The notes under the pieces were generated by a model. The model did no database searches, was not told the DNA's origin, and saw only the letters and a program-made list of their open reading frames with translations. Shown one piece after another: positions 19,649 to 28,209 of a stretch of DNA of 64,000 nucleotides (positions within the stretch are counted from its first letter, which is position 1; every line of letters starts with the position of its first letter). The stretch comes from an uncultured Roseivirgaceae bacterium (GTDB lineage: Bacteria > Bacteroidota > Bacteroidia > Cytophagales > Cyclobacteriaceae). Both the position numbers and the translations under genes were made by a program. The stretch is taken from assembly GCA_964597075.1 (NCBI GenBank), contig CAZQXC010000001.1, positions 4,907 through 68,906 on the forward strand, given 5' to 3'.

Positions 19649-20437
19649 TTATTGATTCATTTCAAAGGTAAGTGTTCCATCTTTGCCTCTGGTACCATTG
19701 GTACCATAGGAACCGGGTGAACCATCTTTTCCGTTTTTCCGTGAAGGGCCTAATCCAGCCGAGCCTAAATAACCACCCCGACCGCCTTGTCCGGCCTTAC
19801 CACTATAATTTTTATAAATGAGTTTAGTCCCAACCCAGTTTCTGATGATATCGGCATTTACACTGCTAATCATGAGGCTTCCGGCATTCCCGCCTTCGCC
19901 TCCACGGCCGCCATCACCACCGTGAGCGCCATCGCCACCATTGCAATGCACAGTACCAGGGCTTCCGTCTCCGCCTTGGCCCCCAGCTCCGCCATCGCCT
20001 CCATTGCCCCCCGAAAGATCAATGATCAGTTGTCCGTTAATTTTCAATTCATCTACATAGAAAAATAAATTCGATCCCGGACCACCGGATAATCCTCCAG
20101 TTCCATTGCTACCGTTTGACCCATCCCGACATGGACCAACTAATGAATTTCCTGGTCGTCCTGCGCGGCCGGGTTGTCCGTGAAAGCCTACACCAATAAG
20201 GGAACAGTGATTACCAATAATCGCCACTTTCGTGCGAATGAAATTTTCGCGCTTAAGCTCGTTGAGGATAATTTTGGAGGAATCCATCATGATTATTGTA
20301 TCCGCCACGATAATATCGGATTGGTGATCTAACTCGAAACTTTCGCCAGGTTTAATCACCAGTTTTTCAACACGAACCTGCGTCCATGAAAAAAAACTAA
20401 CACATAAAAATCCAACCAATAGGCCCAGTCGTTTCAT
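19649..20437 (-). CDS. Secreted glycine-rich repeat protein, function unknown
   Basis: The start is taken at the ATG at 20437 (MKRLGLLVGFLCVSFF signal). There are long GGxGG-type runs (GGNGGDGGAGGQGGDGSPG, GGDGAHGGDGGRGGEGGNAG). The stop lies 4 nt upstream of the recJ start. Confidence 0.6.
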   Translation of the reverse strand: MKRLGLLVGFLCVSFFSWTQVRVEKLVIKPGESFELDHQSDIIVADTIIMMDSSKIILNELKRENFIRTKVAIIGNHCSLIGVGFHGQPGRAGRPGNSLVGPCRDGSNGSNGTGGLSGGPGSNLFFYVDELKINGQLIIDLSGGNGGDGGAGGQGGDGSPGTVHCNGGDGAHGGDGGRGGEGGNAGSLMISSVNADIIRNWVGTKLIYKNYSGKAGQGGRGGYLGSAGLGPSRKNGKDGSPGSYGTNGTRGKDGTLTFEMNQ

Positions 20438-20528
20438 CGCACAAACCTCAGTAAAGTTCATCACATAAAAAACAAAAAGCAGCATCTGTTCAATGCTGCC
20501 TTTCAAATATAAAATTTATCTTGTTTTT

Positions 20529-21158
20529 CTACTCTGTCTTTGGCTTTTCTGCCGTTACGCCCTCTAAAACATCCTTTATTTCGGTGCGTTGGCCATCACG
20601 ATAAGGAACAATCCAGGCATCTTTCACGCCCATTTCGCGCATATATTTCTTAAACTGATCGGCTTCCCAATAGTCGCGGAAAATTCCTATAGTTACGCGT
20701 TGGGGTTCATTTTCCTTAACTTCTCCACCAAAATTTGGATTGTTGTCAAAGTACTTGGAAAGATCTTTATTCTTAAATGCGCCTACCTGCACTTTAAAGA
20801 CAACGCCTCTGGAAAAATCCATCGGATTAACAACAGGGTTTTCTTTAAGCTGCGCAAGTTCTGCCTGAGCCGAGGAAAGTTGTCCACGCATTTGTGAAAG
20901 TTGATCTTCCAAGTCAGCAATGCGCGCATCTTTGTCGCTCACGCTTTTTTGCAGATCGGTTACCCTTTTGTTCAGCGTAGAAACTTGGTTGTCTGCGCTT
21001 TGCTTATCCTCGGTAAACTGCTTGAGGTTCGCGGGGCTTTTAGAATATTCCTTGGCTTTTTTCTTCCACTCCTTTTTTTCCTGCTTGGAAAGCTGGGCGA
21101 AAGTTTGCGTGCCCGCAAAAAGTAAAGCCATACAGAAGACTAGTGTAATCTTTTTCAT
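20529..21158 (-). CDS. Secreted coiled-coil protein with SPOR-like C-terminal domain
   Basis: Signal peptide, a heptad-like central region (LQKSVSDKDARIADLEDQLSQMRGQL), and a C-terminal VFKVQVGAFKN...IGIF segment. Confidence 0.5.
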   Translation of the reverse strand: MKKITLVFCMALLFAGTQTFAQLSKQEKKEWKKKAKEYSKSPANLKQFTEDKQSADNQVSTLNKRVTDLQKSVSDKDARIADLEDQLSQMRGQLSSAQAELAQLKENPVVNPMDFSRGVVFKVQVGAFKNKDLSKYFDNNPNFGGEVKENEPQRVTIGIFRDYWEADQFKKYMREMGVKDAWIVPYRDGQRTEIKDVLEGVTAEKPKTE

Positions 21159-21213
21159 GTGTATAGTTTAAAAAGTTTAATAAAAGTACAAATTATTTTC
21201 AAATTCCTAATTT

Positions 21214-22608
21214 TCAGAGGGTTCCGACCATTTTTTCAGGACGAACCCATTCATCAAACTGCTCGGAAGTAAGCAGGCCTAATTCAATAGCGGCTTCACG
21301 CAATGTCTTGTTTTCGGTATGGGCTTTCTTGGCAATTTTGGCTGAATTCTCATATCCTATATGCGTATTCAACGCAGTAACAAGCATCAATGAGTTCTCA
21401 AGATGTTGCTTTATAAGACCATGATTGGGTTCAATTCCTGCTGCACATTTGTCGTTAAAGGACACACAGGCATCGCCTATCAGTCGCGCTGATTGCAATA
21501 CATTGGATGCAATAACGGGTTTAAAAACATTCAATTCGAAGTGCCCGGTGGCACCACCAATCGAAACCGCCACATCATTACCGATTACTTGCGCACAAAC
21601 CATGGTCAATGCTTCGGGCTGCGTTGGGTTTACTTTGCCCGGCATAATGGATGACCCGGGCTCATTATCTGGGATGATGATTTCGCCTATACCACAACGC
21701 GGACCTGAGCTGAGCATGCGAATGTCATTTGCAATTTTCATCAGTGATACTGAAGCTCTTTTCAACGCACCGGAAAGCTCAACCATAGCATCATGTGCGG
21801 CTAAGGCTTCAAATTTATTCGGTGCTGTTACAAACGGATAACCGGTGAGGTCAGCTATTTTTTTAGCTACCAGTAGATCATATCCCTTTGGAGCGTTTAG
21901 TCCTGTACCTACGGCCGTACCGCCCAACGCCAGTTCGCGAATCATTTCCAATGCATTATTGATTGCTCTGATGCTGTTATCAATCTGCTGCACATAGCCA
22001 GAAAACTCCTGACCCAGGGTGAGCGGGGTGGCGTCCATGAAATGTGTGCGGCCTGTTTTTACAATATTTTTAAAGTCGCTTGATTTATTTGCCAGTGTAT
22101 CACGAAGTTTCTTCATCCCGGGTAACGTCACCTCCACAACTTGCTTGTACGCAGCAATGTGCATGGCGGTAGGAAAAGTGTCGTTGGAAGATTGTGATTT
22201 ATTCACATCATCATTCGGATGTAATACTTTTTTTTCATCCGTAAGTTTTCCGCCACTGATAACATGAGCACGGTAAGCAATAACTTCGTTCACATTCATG
22301 TTGCTTTGTGTGCCCGAGCCCGTTTGCCAGATCACTAATGGAAATTCATCATCAAGTTTACCGGCAAGAATCTCATCGCAAGCTTTGCCAATCAAATCGT
22401 TTTTGTCGGCTGGTAAAACACCTAGTTCATGATTCGCCATGGCCGCAGCCTTTTTTAAATATGCAAAGGCATAAATAATTTCTTTCGGCATGCTGGCTTC
22501 AGGACCAATTTTAAAGTTGTTGCGCGAGCGTTCGGTTTGGGCTCCCCAATATTTATCGGAGGGCACTTTTACTTCACCCATGGTGTCTTTCTCAATGCGA
22601 TAGCTCAT
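21214..22608 (-). CDS. fumC: Class II fumarate hydratase
   Basis: [13 protein letters not shown] signature; 464 aa. Confidence 0.95.
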   Translation of the reverse strand: MSYRIEKDTMGEVKVPSDKYWGAQTERSRNNFKIGPEASMPKEIIYAFAYLKKAAAMANHELGVLPADKNDLIGKACDEILAGKLDDEFPLVIWQTGSGTQSNMNVNEVIAYRAHVISGGKLTDEKKVLHPNDDVNKSQSSNDTFPTAMHIAAYKQVVEVTLPGMKKLRDTLANKSSDFKNIVKTGRTHFMDATPLTLGQEFSGYVQQIDNSIRAINNALEMIRELALGGTAVGTGLNAPKGYDLLVAKKIADLTGYPFVTAPNKFEALAAHDAMVELSGALKRASVSLMKIANDIRMLSSGPRCGIGEIIIPDNEPGSSIMPGKVNPTQPEALTMVCAQVIGNDVAVSIGGATGHFELNVFKPVIASNVLQSARLIGDACVSFNDKCAAGIEPNHGLIKQHLENSLMLVTALNTHIGYENSAKIAKKAHTENKTLREAAIELGLLTSEQFDEWVRPEKMVGTL

Positions 22609-22659
22609 AAAAAGAAATGGTTTTATTCAAATGACTTCCAAATGTAGAAAAGATAACAT

Positions 22660-22686
22660 AAAAAATGCCGGTCAATTTTAACCAGC
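22660..22686 (-). terminator. Probable rho-independent terminator after the OmpA-family gene
   Basis: On the minus strand, GCTGGT-taaaattg-ACCGGC (one G-U pair) is followed by a U-run. Confidence 0.4.
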
Positions 22687-22712
22687 ATCCCACGACATTC
22701 ATTTAGATTAGA

Positions 22713-24746
22713 CTAATTCCCCTTCTTCAATTCCCCACCTTTTCTAAAGTACTTATCCTCGTCAAACTCATCATCACTAAGTGGTTTGGGGATAACGCCT
22801 ACTTCTAAAATTTTAAATTCGGTCCTCCGGTTTCGGGCACGTCCTTCAGGATTATCGGTGCCATCCGGGTTGGTGTTGCGCGCTATGGGTACTTCTTCAC
22901 CGTACCCCTTGGCAACCAATCGATCGGGGGCTATACCTTTTGAAATAAGGTATTTTACTGTCGATTCTGCACGGTTTTTGGAAAGCTCATAGTTGTACAC
23001 CAATGTACCAACACTATCTGTATGTGACCCCATTTCAATTTTTATCTCAGGGTTATCGATCAGCAGCTGAACCAATTTATCCAATTCTTTGGCAGCATCG
23101 GAACGTATATCATATTTGTCAAAATCAAAATAGATATTGTCGAGAACAAAAATTTTATTAATCTCAATTTTATCCAGAACAAGTATAGTATCCAGCGTAA
23201 TGTTCGTGACTAAATCCTTTAACGTAGCCGGATCAACGGATTTTCCTTTTGTGGTATACGCCTGGCGCTTTACCAGATATCCATCGGTTTCACCAATAAG
23301 GTTGTAATCTTCATTCTCATATACGCGGAATAAAAACTTTCCATCATTACCGGTAACAAAATCCTGCATCACCTCGGCCTGTGTATCCAGTAGCGATACA
23401 CGCACATTCGGAAGTATCTGAAGTGTGCTGTCGGTTAGTGGTGTGTAGGTTACGCCTGCAAGAAAGTAGTTGACGACTTTGAGATTTGGGTCTTCATTTA
23501 CAAAGGTGTAGATGTCGTCATCACCTTTTCCCCCTTCACGGTTTGAAGTGAAGAAGCCACGATCAGGACGGAATAAAAATATTCCAAAATCATCCGCAGG
23601 TGAGTTCATGGGCTCACCCAAATTCTCAATGATTGTTTTTCCGCTGGCGCGTTTTACAACAAACAAATCAATTCCACCAAACCCTGGGTGTCCGTCTGAT
23701 GCCAGGTAAAGTTTCCCGTCCTCGGATACATAGGGAAACAATTCATTGCCGGCTGTATTAATTTCGGGGCCGAGGTTACGAACGCGGGCAAATCTTCCGC
23801 GCGAATCCATTTGTGCTGAGTATATGTCCGTGCCGCCATAACCACCCGGGCGGTTCGATGCAAAGTAAAGCGTTCGGCCATCGGGGGCAAAAGCGGGTGA
23901 AGAATCCCAGCTGTTGTTTCGGGCTACAGCATCATACTCATCTTTAAATTGGGTATTAATATTTAGTCGTTGAGGTTCGCTCCACTCACCATTTCTAAAA
24001 CGGGAAAGATATAAATCAACATCAGCTCCACCTTTTTTCTTACGGGTGTTGCCCATTGCAAAAACCATGGTGCGGCCATCGGGCGTAAAGGTTGGGCATC
24101 CTACATTCCGCAGATCATCATTAATACCTGCAGATAATGCCTGAACTGTGGTGACATCAACATTGGCACCACGGGTTGCCGCCTTAAAAATAGAGGTAAA
24201 AGGTTTTCCTTCGGCCTCATAAATCCTTCCATTGCCACGCGATGATGTGAAATATAATTCGTTATTCAGGTAAACCGGTGCATATTCACTCGCTGGTGTG
24301 TTTAGTAGTTCAAGGTTTTTAACCTTGTAGTAACTTTCTTTCTCGCGTAACTTTTCCAACGATGCCAGCCCACTGTGCTGAACCTGTGCGCGGTCTTTAA
24401 GTTTTTCGTTGGAAGTGCGCTTGATGAGTTCCTCTAACTGCTGACGAGACTCATTGTATTTTGAGTTTGCCTTTAATGCCTGAGCGTAGTAAAACTGAAC
24501 AGAGTCTTTGTCAACACCGCTGCCTCCCGCTTTTGCGTAATACGCTTCGGATTCTTTTATGCGATTCGACAGCCGGTATGATTCGCCAACAAAATAATTG
24601 ACTTTAGCGGGTTCTTTCGGTTTGCTCTTATTAAAAAGATTGATTGCATTTTGATACTCCCCCCGCATGAAAGCCTTGGTGGCTTTCTTCTCCACGCTGC
24701 AACCCGCTAGCACAACTCCAATCACAAAAAATAGCAAAAACCTCAT
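22713..24746 (-). CDS. OmpA-family protein with N-terminal TPR and PD40 repeats
   Basis: Lipobox (VLAGCS), PD40 repeats (FTPDGRTMVF, FAPDGRTLYFASNR), and a C-terminal OmpA motif (NRRTEFKIL). Confidence 0.85.
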   Translation of the reverse strand: MRFLLFFVIGVVLAGCSVEKKATKAFMRGEYQNAINLFNKSKPKEPAKVNYFVGESYRLSNRIKESEAYYAKAGGSGVDKDSVQFYYAQALKANSKYNESRQQLEELIKRTSNEKLKDRAQVQHSGLASLEKLREKESYYKVKNLELLNTPASEYAPVYLNNELYFTSSRGNGRIYEAEGKPFTSIFKAATRGANVDVTTVQALSAGINDDLRNVGCPTFTPDGRTMVFAMGNTRKKKGGADVDLYLSRFRNGEWSEPQRLNINTQFKDEYDAVARNNSWDSSPAFAPDGRTLYFASNRPGGYGGTDIYSAQMDSRGRFARVRNLGPEINTAGNELFPYVSEDGKLYLASDGHPGFGGIDLFVVKRASGKTIIENLGEPMNSPADDFGIFLFRPDRGFFTSNREGGKGDDDIYTFVNEDPNLKVVNYFLAGVTYTPLTDSTLQILPNVRVSLLDTQAEVMQDFVTGNDGKFLFRVYENEDYNLIGETDGYLVKRQAYTTKGKSVDPATLKDLVTNITLDTILVLDKIEINKIFVLDNIYFDFDKYDIRSDAAKELDKLVQLLIDNPEIKIEMGSHTDSVGTLVYNYELSKNRAESTVKYLISKGIAPDRLVAKGYGEEVPIARNTNPDGTDNPEGRARNRRTEFKILEVGVIPKPLSDDEFDEDKYFRKGGELKKGN

Positions 24747-24796
24747 ATGCTTACCGACTAAGCTTTAAAACTACAAAAAAAACAATACTTGCTACC

Positions 24797-25294
24797 TCAA
24801 ACTGTTACCTTCGACAAGTACCGTTTCAACCAGGTTTCATTTGCCTTTCGCATCCAGCCCGATAAAAATGCACCCTTGGTTAACACCGTATTATCAAATG
24901 CAAGGGTATCTCCTCTCCAGAATCCTTCTTCATGCTTTCTTTTCAGTTCACCCATTCCTACCTGATTTACCGTTTCATCGATATAAAATGCCACCGTAGT
25001 TCTGTTAAAAAAATCTACTGTAAGTTGGTCACTCAGTTGCAGGATAATTGCTACTGAACTATCAATAGAACATCCGCTGGCTCCGGTGTAGGACTCATCA
25101 ACAGCCAGCACAACGAAATAATCATACAAAACAGCAAAGGAGGCTTTTAAGGGCTGGTTATGGGCCGTCCACTGATTTATAAACGATTGGAGCGTATCAG
25201 AAATTGTACGTTGCTCCATTTCAGAAAGCTTTCGATCGGATTGATAAATCCAGACACGCGCTAAATCCGGCAGACTATCAAAGGGTACAAACAT
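24797..25294 (-). CDS. Conserved hypothetical protein (165 aa)
   Basis: The ORF has good length and is co-oriented, lying 26 nt downstream of the Fe-S genes. I recognise no catalytic motif. Confidence 0.5.
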   Translation of the reverse strand: MFVPFDSLPDLARVWIYQSDRKLSEMEQRTISDTLQSFINQWTAHNQPLKASFAVLYDYFVVLAVDESYTGASGCSIDSSVAIILQLSDQLTVDFFNRTTVAFYIDETVNQVGMGELKRKHEEGFWRGDTLAFDNTVLTKGAFLSGWMRKANETWLKRYLSKVTV

Positions 25295-25320
25295 TGTGTC
25301 AGTTGTTAGTTCGTCAGTAA

Positions 25321-26103
25321 TTATAAACCTTTAGCTTCAGCGATAAGTTCGGCCAGGTCTTTTACCTTCACATCGGCTTCCCGCTCCTTCGTCTTCACAC
25401 CATCAGTCATCATTGTCATGCAAAAAGGACAGGCTACGGCAATGGTGGTGGCTCCGGTGGCCAATGCTTCTTCCGTACGTTCCGTATTAATTTCCTTTTT
25501 TCCGTTTTCGGCATCCTTAAACATCTGCGCGCCACCCGCTCCACAACACAAACCCGTTGTGCGACAGCGCTTCATTTCGACCAGGTCAGCATCCAATGCT
25601 TCTAAAACTTCGCGCGGTGCCTTATAAATATTATTGGCTCGTCCCAGGTAGCAGGAATCATGATAGGTAATTTTTTTTCCCTTGAATGATTCCCCCTCAC
25701 TCATTTTTATCTTTCCTTCATTGATTAGCTGCTGAAGAAAAGTGGCGTGATGAATAACTTCATAAGTTCCGCCCAGTTCCGGATATTCATTCTTTAAAGT
25801 ATTAAAGCAATGCGGACAAGCTGTTACTATTTTCTTTACGCCATATCCATTCAACACCTGAATATTATTCATGGCCTGCATCTGAAAAAGAAATTCGTTG
25901 CCGGCACGCCTGGCAGGATCGCCCGTACACGTTTCTTCTGTGCCCAGTACAGCAAACTTTACACCTACCACATTTAATATCTTTACAAAGGCTTTCGTAA
26001 CGCGCTTGTACCGATCATCAAATGATCCGGCACAGCCAACCCAAAAAAGTATTTCGGGTGTTTCTCCCTTTGCAGTAAGTTCAGCAAGTGTAGGTACGTT
26101 CAT
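25321..26103 (-). CDS. Cysteine-rich CCG-domain (HdrD/GlpC C-terminal half-like) Fe-S protein
   Basis: Two CCG-type Cys clusters (CPHC...C, GLCCGAGG, CPFC). There is no ferredoxin motif and no TM segment. Confidence 0.8.
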   Translation of the reverse strand: MNVPTLAELTAKGETPEILFWVGCAGSFDDRYKRVTKAFVKILNVVGVKFAVLGTEETCTGDPARRAGNEFLFQMQAMNNIQVLNGYGVKKIVTACPHCFNTLKNEYPELGGTYEVIHHATFLQQLINEGKIKMSEGESFKGKKITYHDSCYLGRANNIYKAPREVLEALDADLVEMKRCRTTGLCCGAGGAQMFKDAENGKKEINTERTEEALATGATTIAVACPFCMTMMTDGVKTKEREADVKVKDLAELIAEAKGL

Positions 26104-26115
26104 TCTGTTATAATT

Positions 26116-26565
26116 TTAAACTCCAAATTGTTGTAGATGATGGTCAATGTGTTTGTACTGCCCCCTTGCCCATTCTTCAGGAGTTAGTTTCCCAAAAAAT
26201 GGATTTGGGTGAGTCGTGCATAGTGCGGGGCCTCCGTCTGAGAATGCTTTGATGTGCTCAATCATTATTTTCTTCTCTTCTTCAAAAAGTCTTTGATCGG
26301 CCACGATCAGGGTTTTACCGGTGGGGCTGTTTTTGGGATGGGGCTTTGCTCCAAAAAAAGTTTCTTTGACCATCCAGCCCAGCAGAATACCGAGCACACT
26401 TCGTTTAAGCTTTTCGATTCCGCGCGCAATACGAAGTAATTTGGTGCAGTGTGCGAGCATTTGTGCCACATCCATCTTTCCCCATAACCGTTGCGTTGCC
26501 GGTGTTAACTTTTCAATCCTGTCGAGGATTTCCTTTGCATCGTGTAGATCAAAAAGATTCTTCAT
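26116..26565 (-). CDS. DUF1569 (DinB-like fold) protein
   Basis: The N-terminal pattern ...RLWGKMDVAQMLAHC... and the C-terminal HIDHHLQQFG are typical of DUF1569, from memory. Confidence 0.6.
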   Translation of the reverse strand: MKNLFDLHDAKEILDRIEKLTPATQRLWGKMDVAQMLAHCTKLLRIARGIEKLKRSVLGILLGWMVKETFFGAKPHPKNSPTGKTLIVADQRLFEEEKKIMIEHIKAFSDGGPALCTTHPNPFFGKLTPEEWARGQYKHIDHHLQQFGV

Positions 26566-26567
26566 AC

Positions 26568-27869
26568 TTAATCCTTAGCCCAGTTAAATCTGTCGCTGGG
26601 TGAAAATTTCCAGGGTGCAAAATTGGTTTCAATGTTTTGAAACATGGAGTTCCACGAAGCCGGTGAGCCGGATTCTTCCATGGCAACATATCTTCTCATC
26701 TCCAGAATAATTTCCAGCGGATTAATCATTACAGGACAAGCCTCCACACAGGCATTGCAACTGGTACACGCATTTATTTCTTCTTTTGTTATATAATCGC
26801 CCAGTAATGATTTTCCATCGTTTAACCCTGCACCACCCGTTCCTAAGCTTTTTGACACTTCTTCCATACGATCACGCGTATCCATCATAATTTTTCTGGG
26901 GGACAGCTTTTTACCGGTAAAGTTAGCCGGACATTCTGATGTACATCGACCACACTCTGTACATGCGTAAGCAGCCATGAGGTTTGTCCATGAAAGATCA
27001 TTAATGTCTTTTACTCCAAATCGTCCGGGCTCTGCCGGTGGTGTTGCTGATGCCTCAGCAAGTCCCAGCATGGACTTCACTTCATTGGTTACTACCGGCA
27101 TGTTATTGATGTGGCCCTGCGATTCGAGTTTCGCATAATATGTATTTGGAAAGGCCATGAAAATATGAAGGTGCTTGGAGTATGTAACATATAATGCAAA
27201 ACCCAAAATGCCAACAATATGAAACCACCAGGCTGCTCGTTCAATAACCATAAGTGTTGACGTACTGAGGTTTTGAAAGATGGGGGTTAATTGACTACTG
27301 AAGAAGAGCGTGCCTGTTGAAGCATAGTGTGTATCTCTGGTTTGAAGAATTTGATCCGCAGCATTCATAAAAAGAATGGCGAACATTAAAATTATTTCAA
27401 CAATCAGAATCAGATTTGCATCCAATCGAGGCCATTTCGTCATTTCGGCAGACCAGAACCTGGGCACTTTTAGTACATTCCTTCTGATCAGAAAAAATAC
27501 ACATGACAACAACACCCCGACAGCAAGAAATTCAAAGATATTCATCAACACCGGGTACACCTGTCCGAGATATGGTGCAAAGATTCGGTGTGTTCCGGAT
27601 ATCCCATCGATCACAAATTCCAGAACCTCCAGATTAATGACCAAAAATCCTACATAAATAAAAAGGTGAAGGATAGCGGGAATCACTCGTTTGAACATTT
27701 TCTTTTGCCCGAAAGCAATCAAGAGCATGTTTTTCCAACGGGATGAAACCTCACCGGTAATAGGGGTGGCTTTTCCCAATTTAATGCCCCTTCGAATAAG
27801 CTGCACCCGCTGGCGAATGAAATAGGCGAATGTCAGTAATACTAATACAAATGCAACCTGTTGAATCAT
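26568..27869 (-). CDS. Polytopic membrane protein fused to a 2x[4Fe-4S] ferredoxin domain
   Basis: About 5-6 TM helices carry His residues (AILHLFIY, WWFHIVG, SKHLHIF). These are followed by CTECGRCTSECP and CTSCNACVEACP. Confidence 0.8.
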   Translation of the reverse strand: MIQQVAFVLVLLTFAYFIRQRVQLIRRGIKLGKATPITGEVSSRWKNMLLIAFGQKKMFKRVIPAILHLFIYVGFLVINLEVLEFVIDGISGTHRIFAPYLGQVYPVLMNIFEFLAVGVLLSCVFFLIRRNVLKVPRFWSAEMTKWPRLDANLILIVEIILMFAILFMNAADQILQTRDTHYASTGTLFFSSQLTPIFQNLSTSTLMVIERAAWWFHIVGILGFALYVTYSKHLHIFMAFPNTYYAKLESQGHINNMPVVTNEVKSMLGLAEASATPPAEPGRFGVKDINDLSWTNLMAAYACTECGRCTSECPANFTGKKLSPRKIMMDTRDRMEEVSKSLGTGGAGLNDGKSLLGDYITKEEINACTSCNACVEACPVMINPLEIILEMRRYVAMEESGSPASWNSMFQNIETNFAPWKFSPSDRFNWAKD

Positions 27870-27918
27870 GCTTGATAGTTAATTCTGAAAATCCTTAAAT
27901 CCAAAAATACAGCACGGT

Positions 27919-27949
27919 TTTGCACCATATATAAAATTACATACTTTTG
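27919..27949 (+). promoter_or_regulatory. Bacteroidota-type sigma-A promoter for tRNA-Phe
   Basis: TTTG (27919..27922), a 19-nt spacer, then TACTTTTG (27942..27949). This matches TTTG/TAnnTTTG and lies about 38 nt upstream of the tRNA. Confidence 0.45.
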
Positions 27950-27986
27950 TGCCCCCTGAATAACACTCAGGAATCAGATTTATCCC

Positions 27987-28059
27987 GGTGACGTAGCTCA
28001 GTTGGTAGAGCAAAGGACTGAAAATCCTTGTGTCGGGGGTTCAATTCCCTCCGTCACCA
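27987..28059 (+). tRNA. tRNA-Phe (anticodon GAA)
   Basis: I folded the cloverleaf by hand. The acceptor stem is GGTGACG/CGTCACC, the anticodon loop is CTGAAAA, and the T-loop is TTCAATT. The length is 73 nt and CCA is not encoded. Confidence 0.95.
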
Positions 28060-28060
28060 C

Positions 28061-28092
28061 AAAAACCCCCAGTAAATTATTGGGGTTTTTTT
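28061..28092 (+). terminator. Rho-independent terminator after tRNA-Phe
   Basis: AAAAACCCCCA-gtaaattat-TGGGGTTTTTTT. Confidence 0.7.
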
Positions 28093-28209
28093 ATGCCTTA
28101 TTTCGTTTACGTACTACAACCAAACCCAACAAACATTCACCACCTTATTTTCTTCTCTGCCACTCATTTGCCAATATTTGTAGGTAATTTCAATACCTGA
28201 TTTCCTAAG

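Noticed and set aside
19649-20437. I considered reading the glycine-rich protein as a collagen-like or phage tail-fibre protein.
   Set aside because: The repeats are GGxGG-type, not sustained G-X-Y triplets, and no phage structural genes are nearby. It is kept as an unknown secreted repeat protein.
27987-28209. I considered tRNA-Phe as a possible integration hotspot marking a genomic island.
   Set aside because: No integrase or recombinase lies on either side. I could not find a direct repeat of the tRNA 3' end downstream. The flanking genes are ordinary (an Fe-S oxidoreductase and a histidine kinase).
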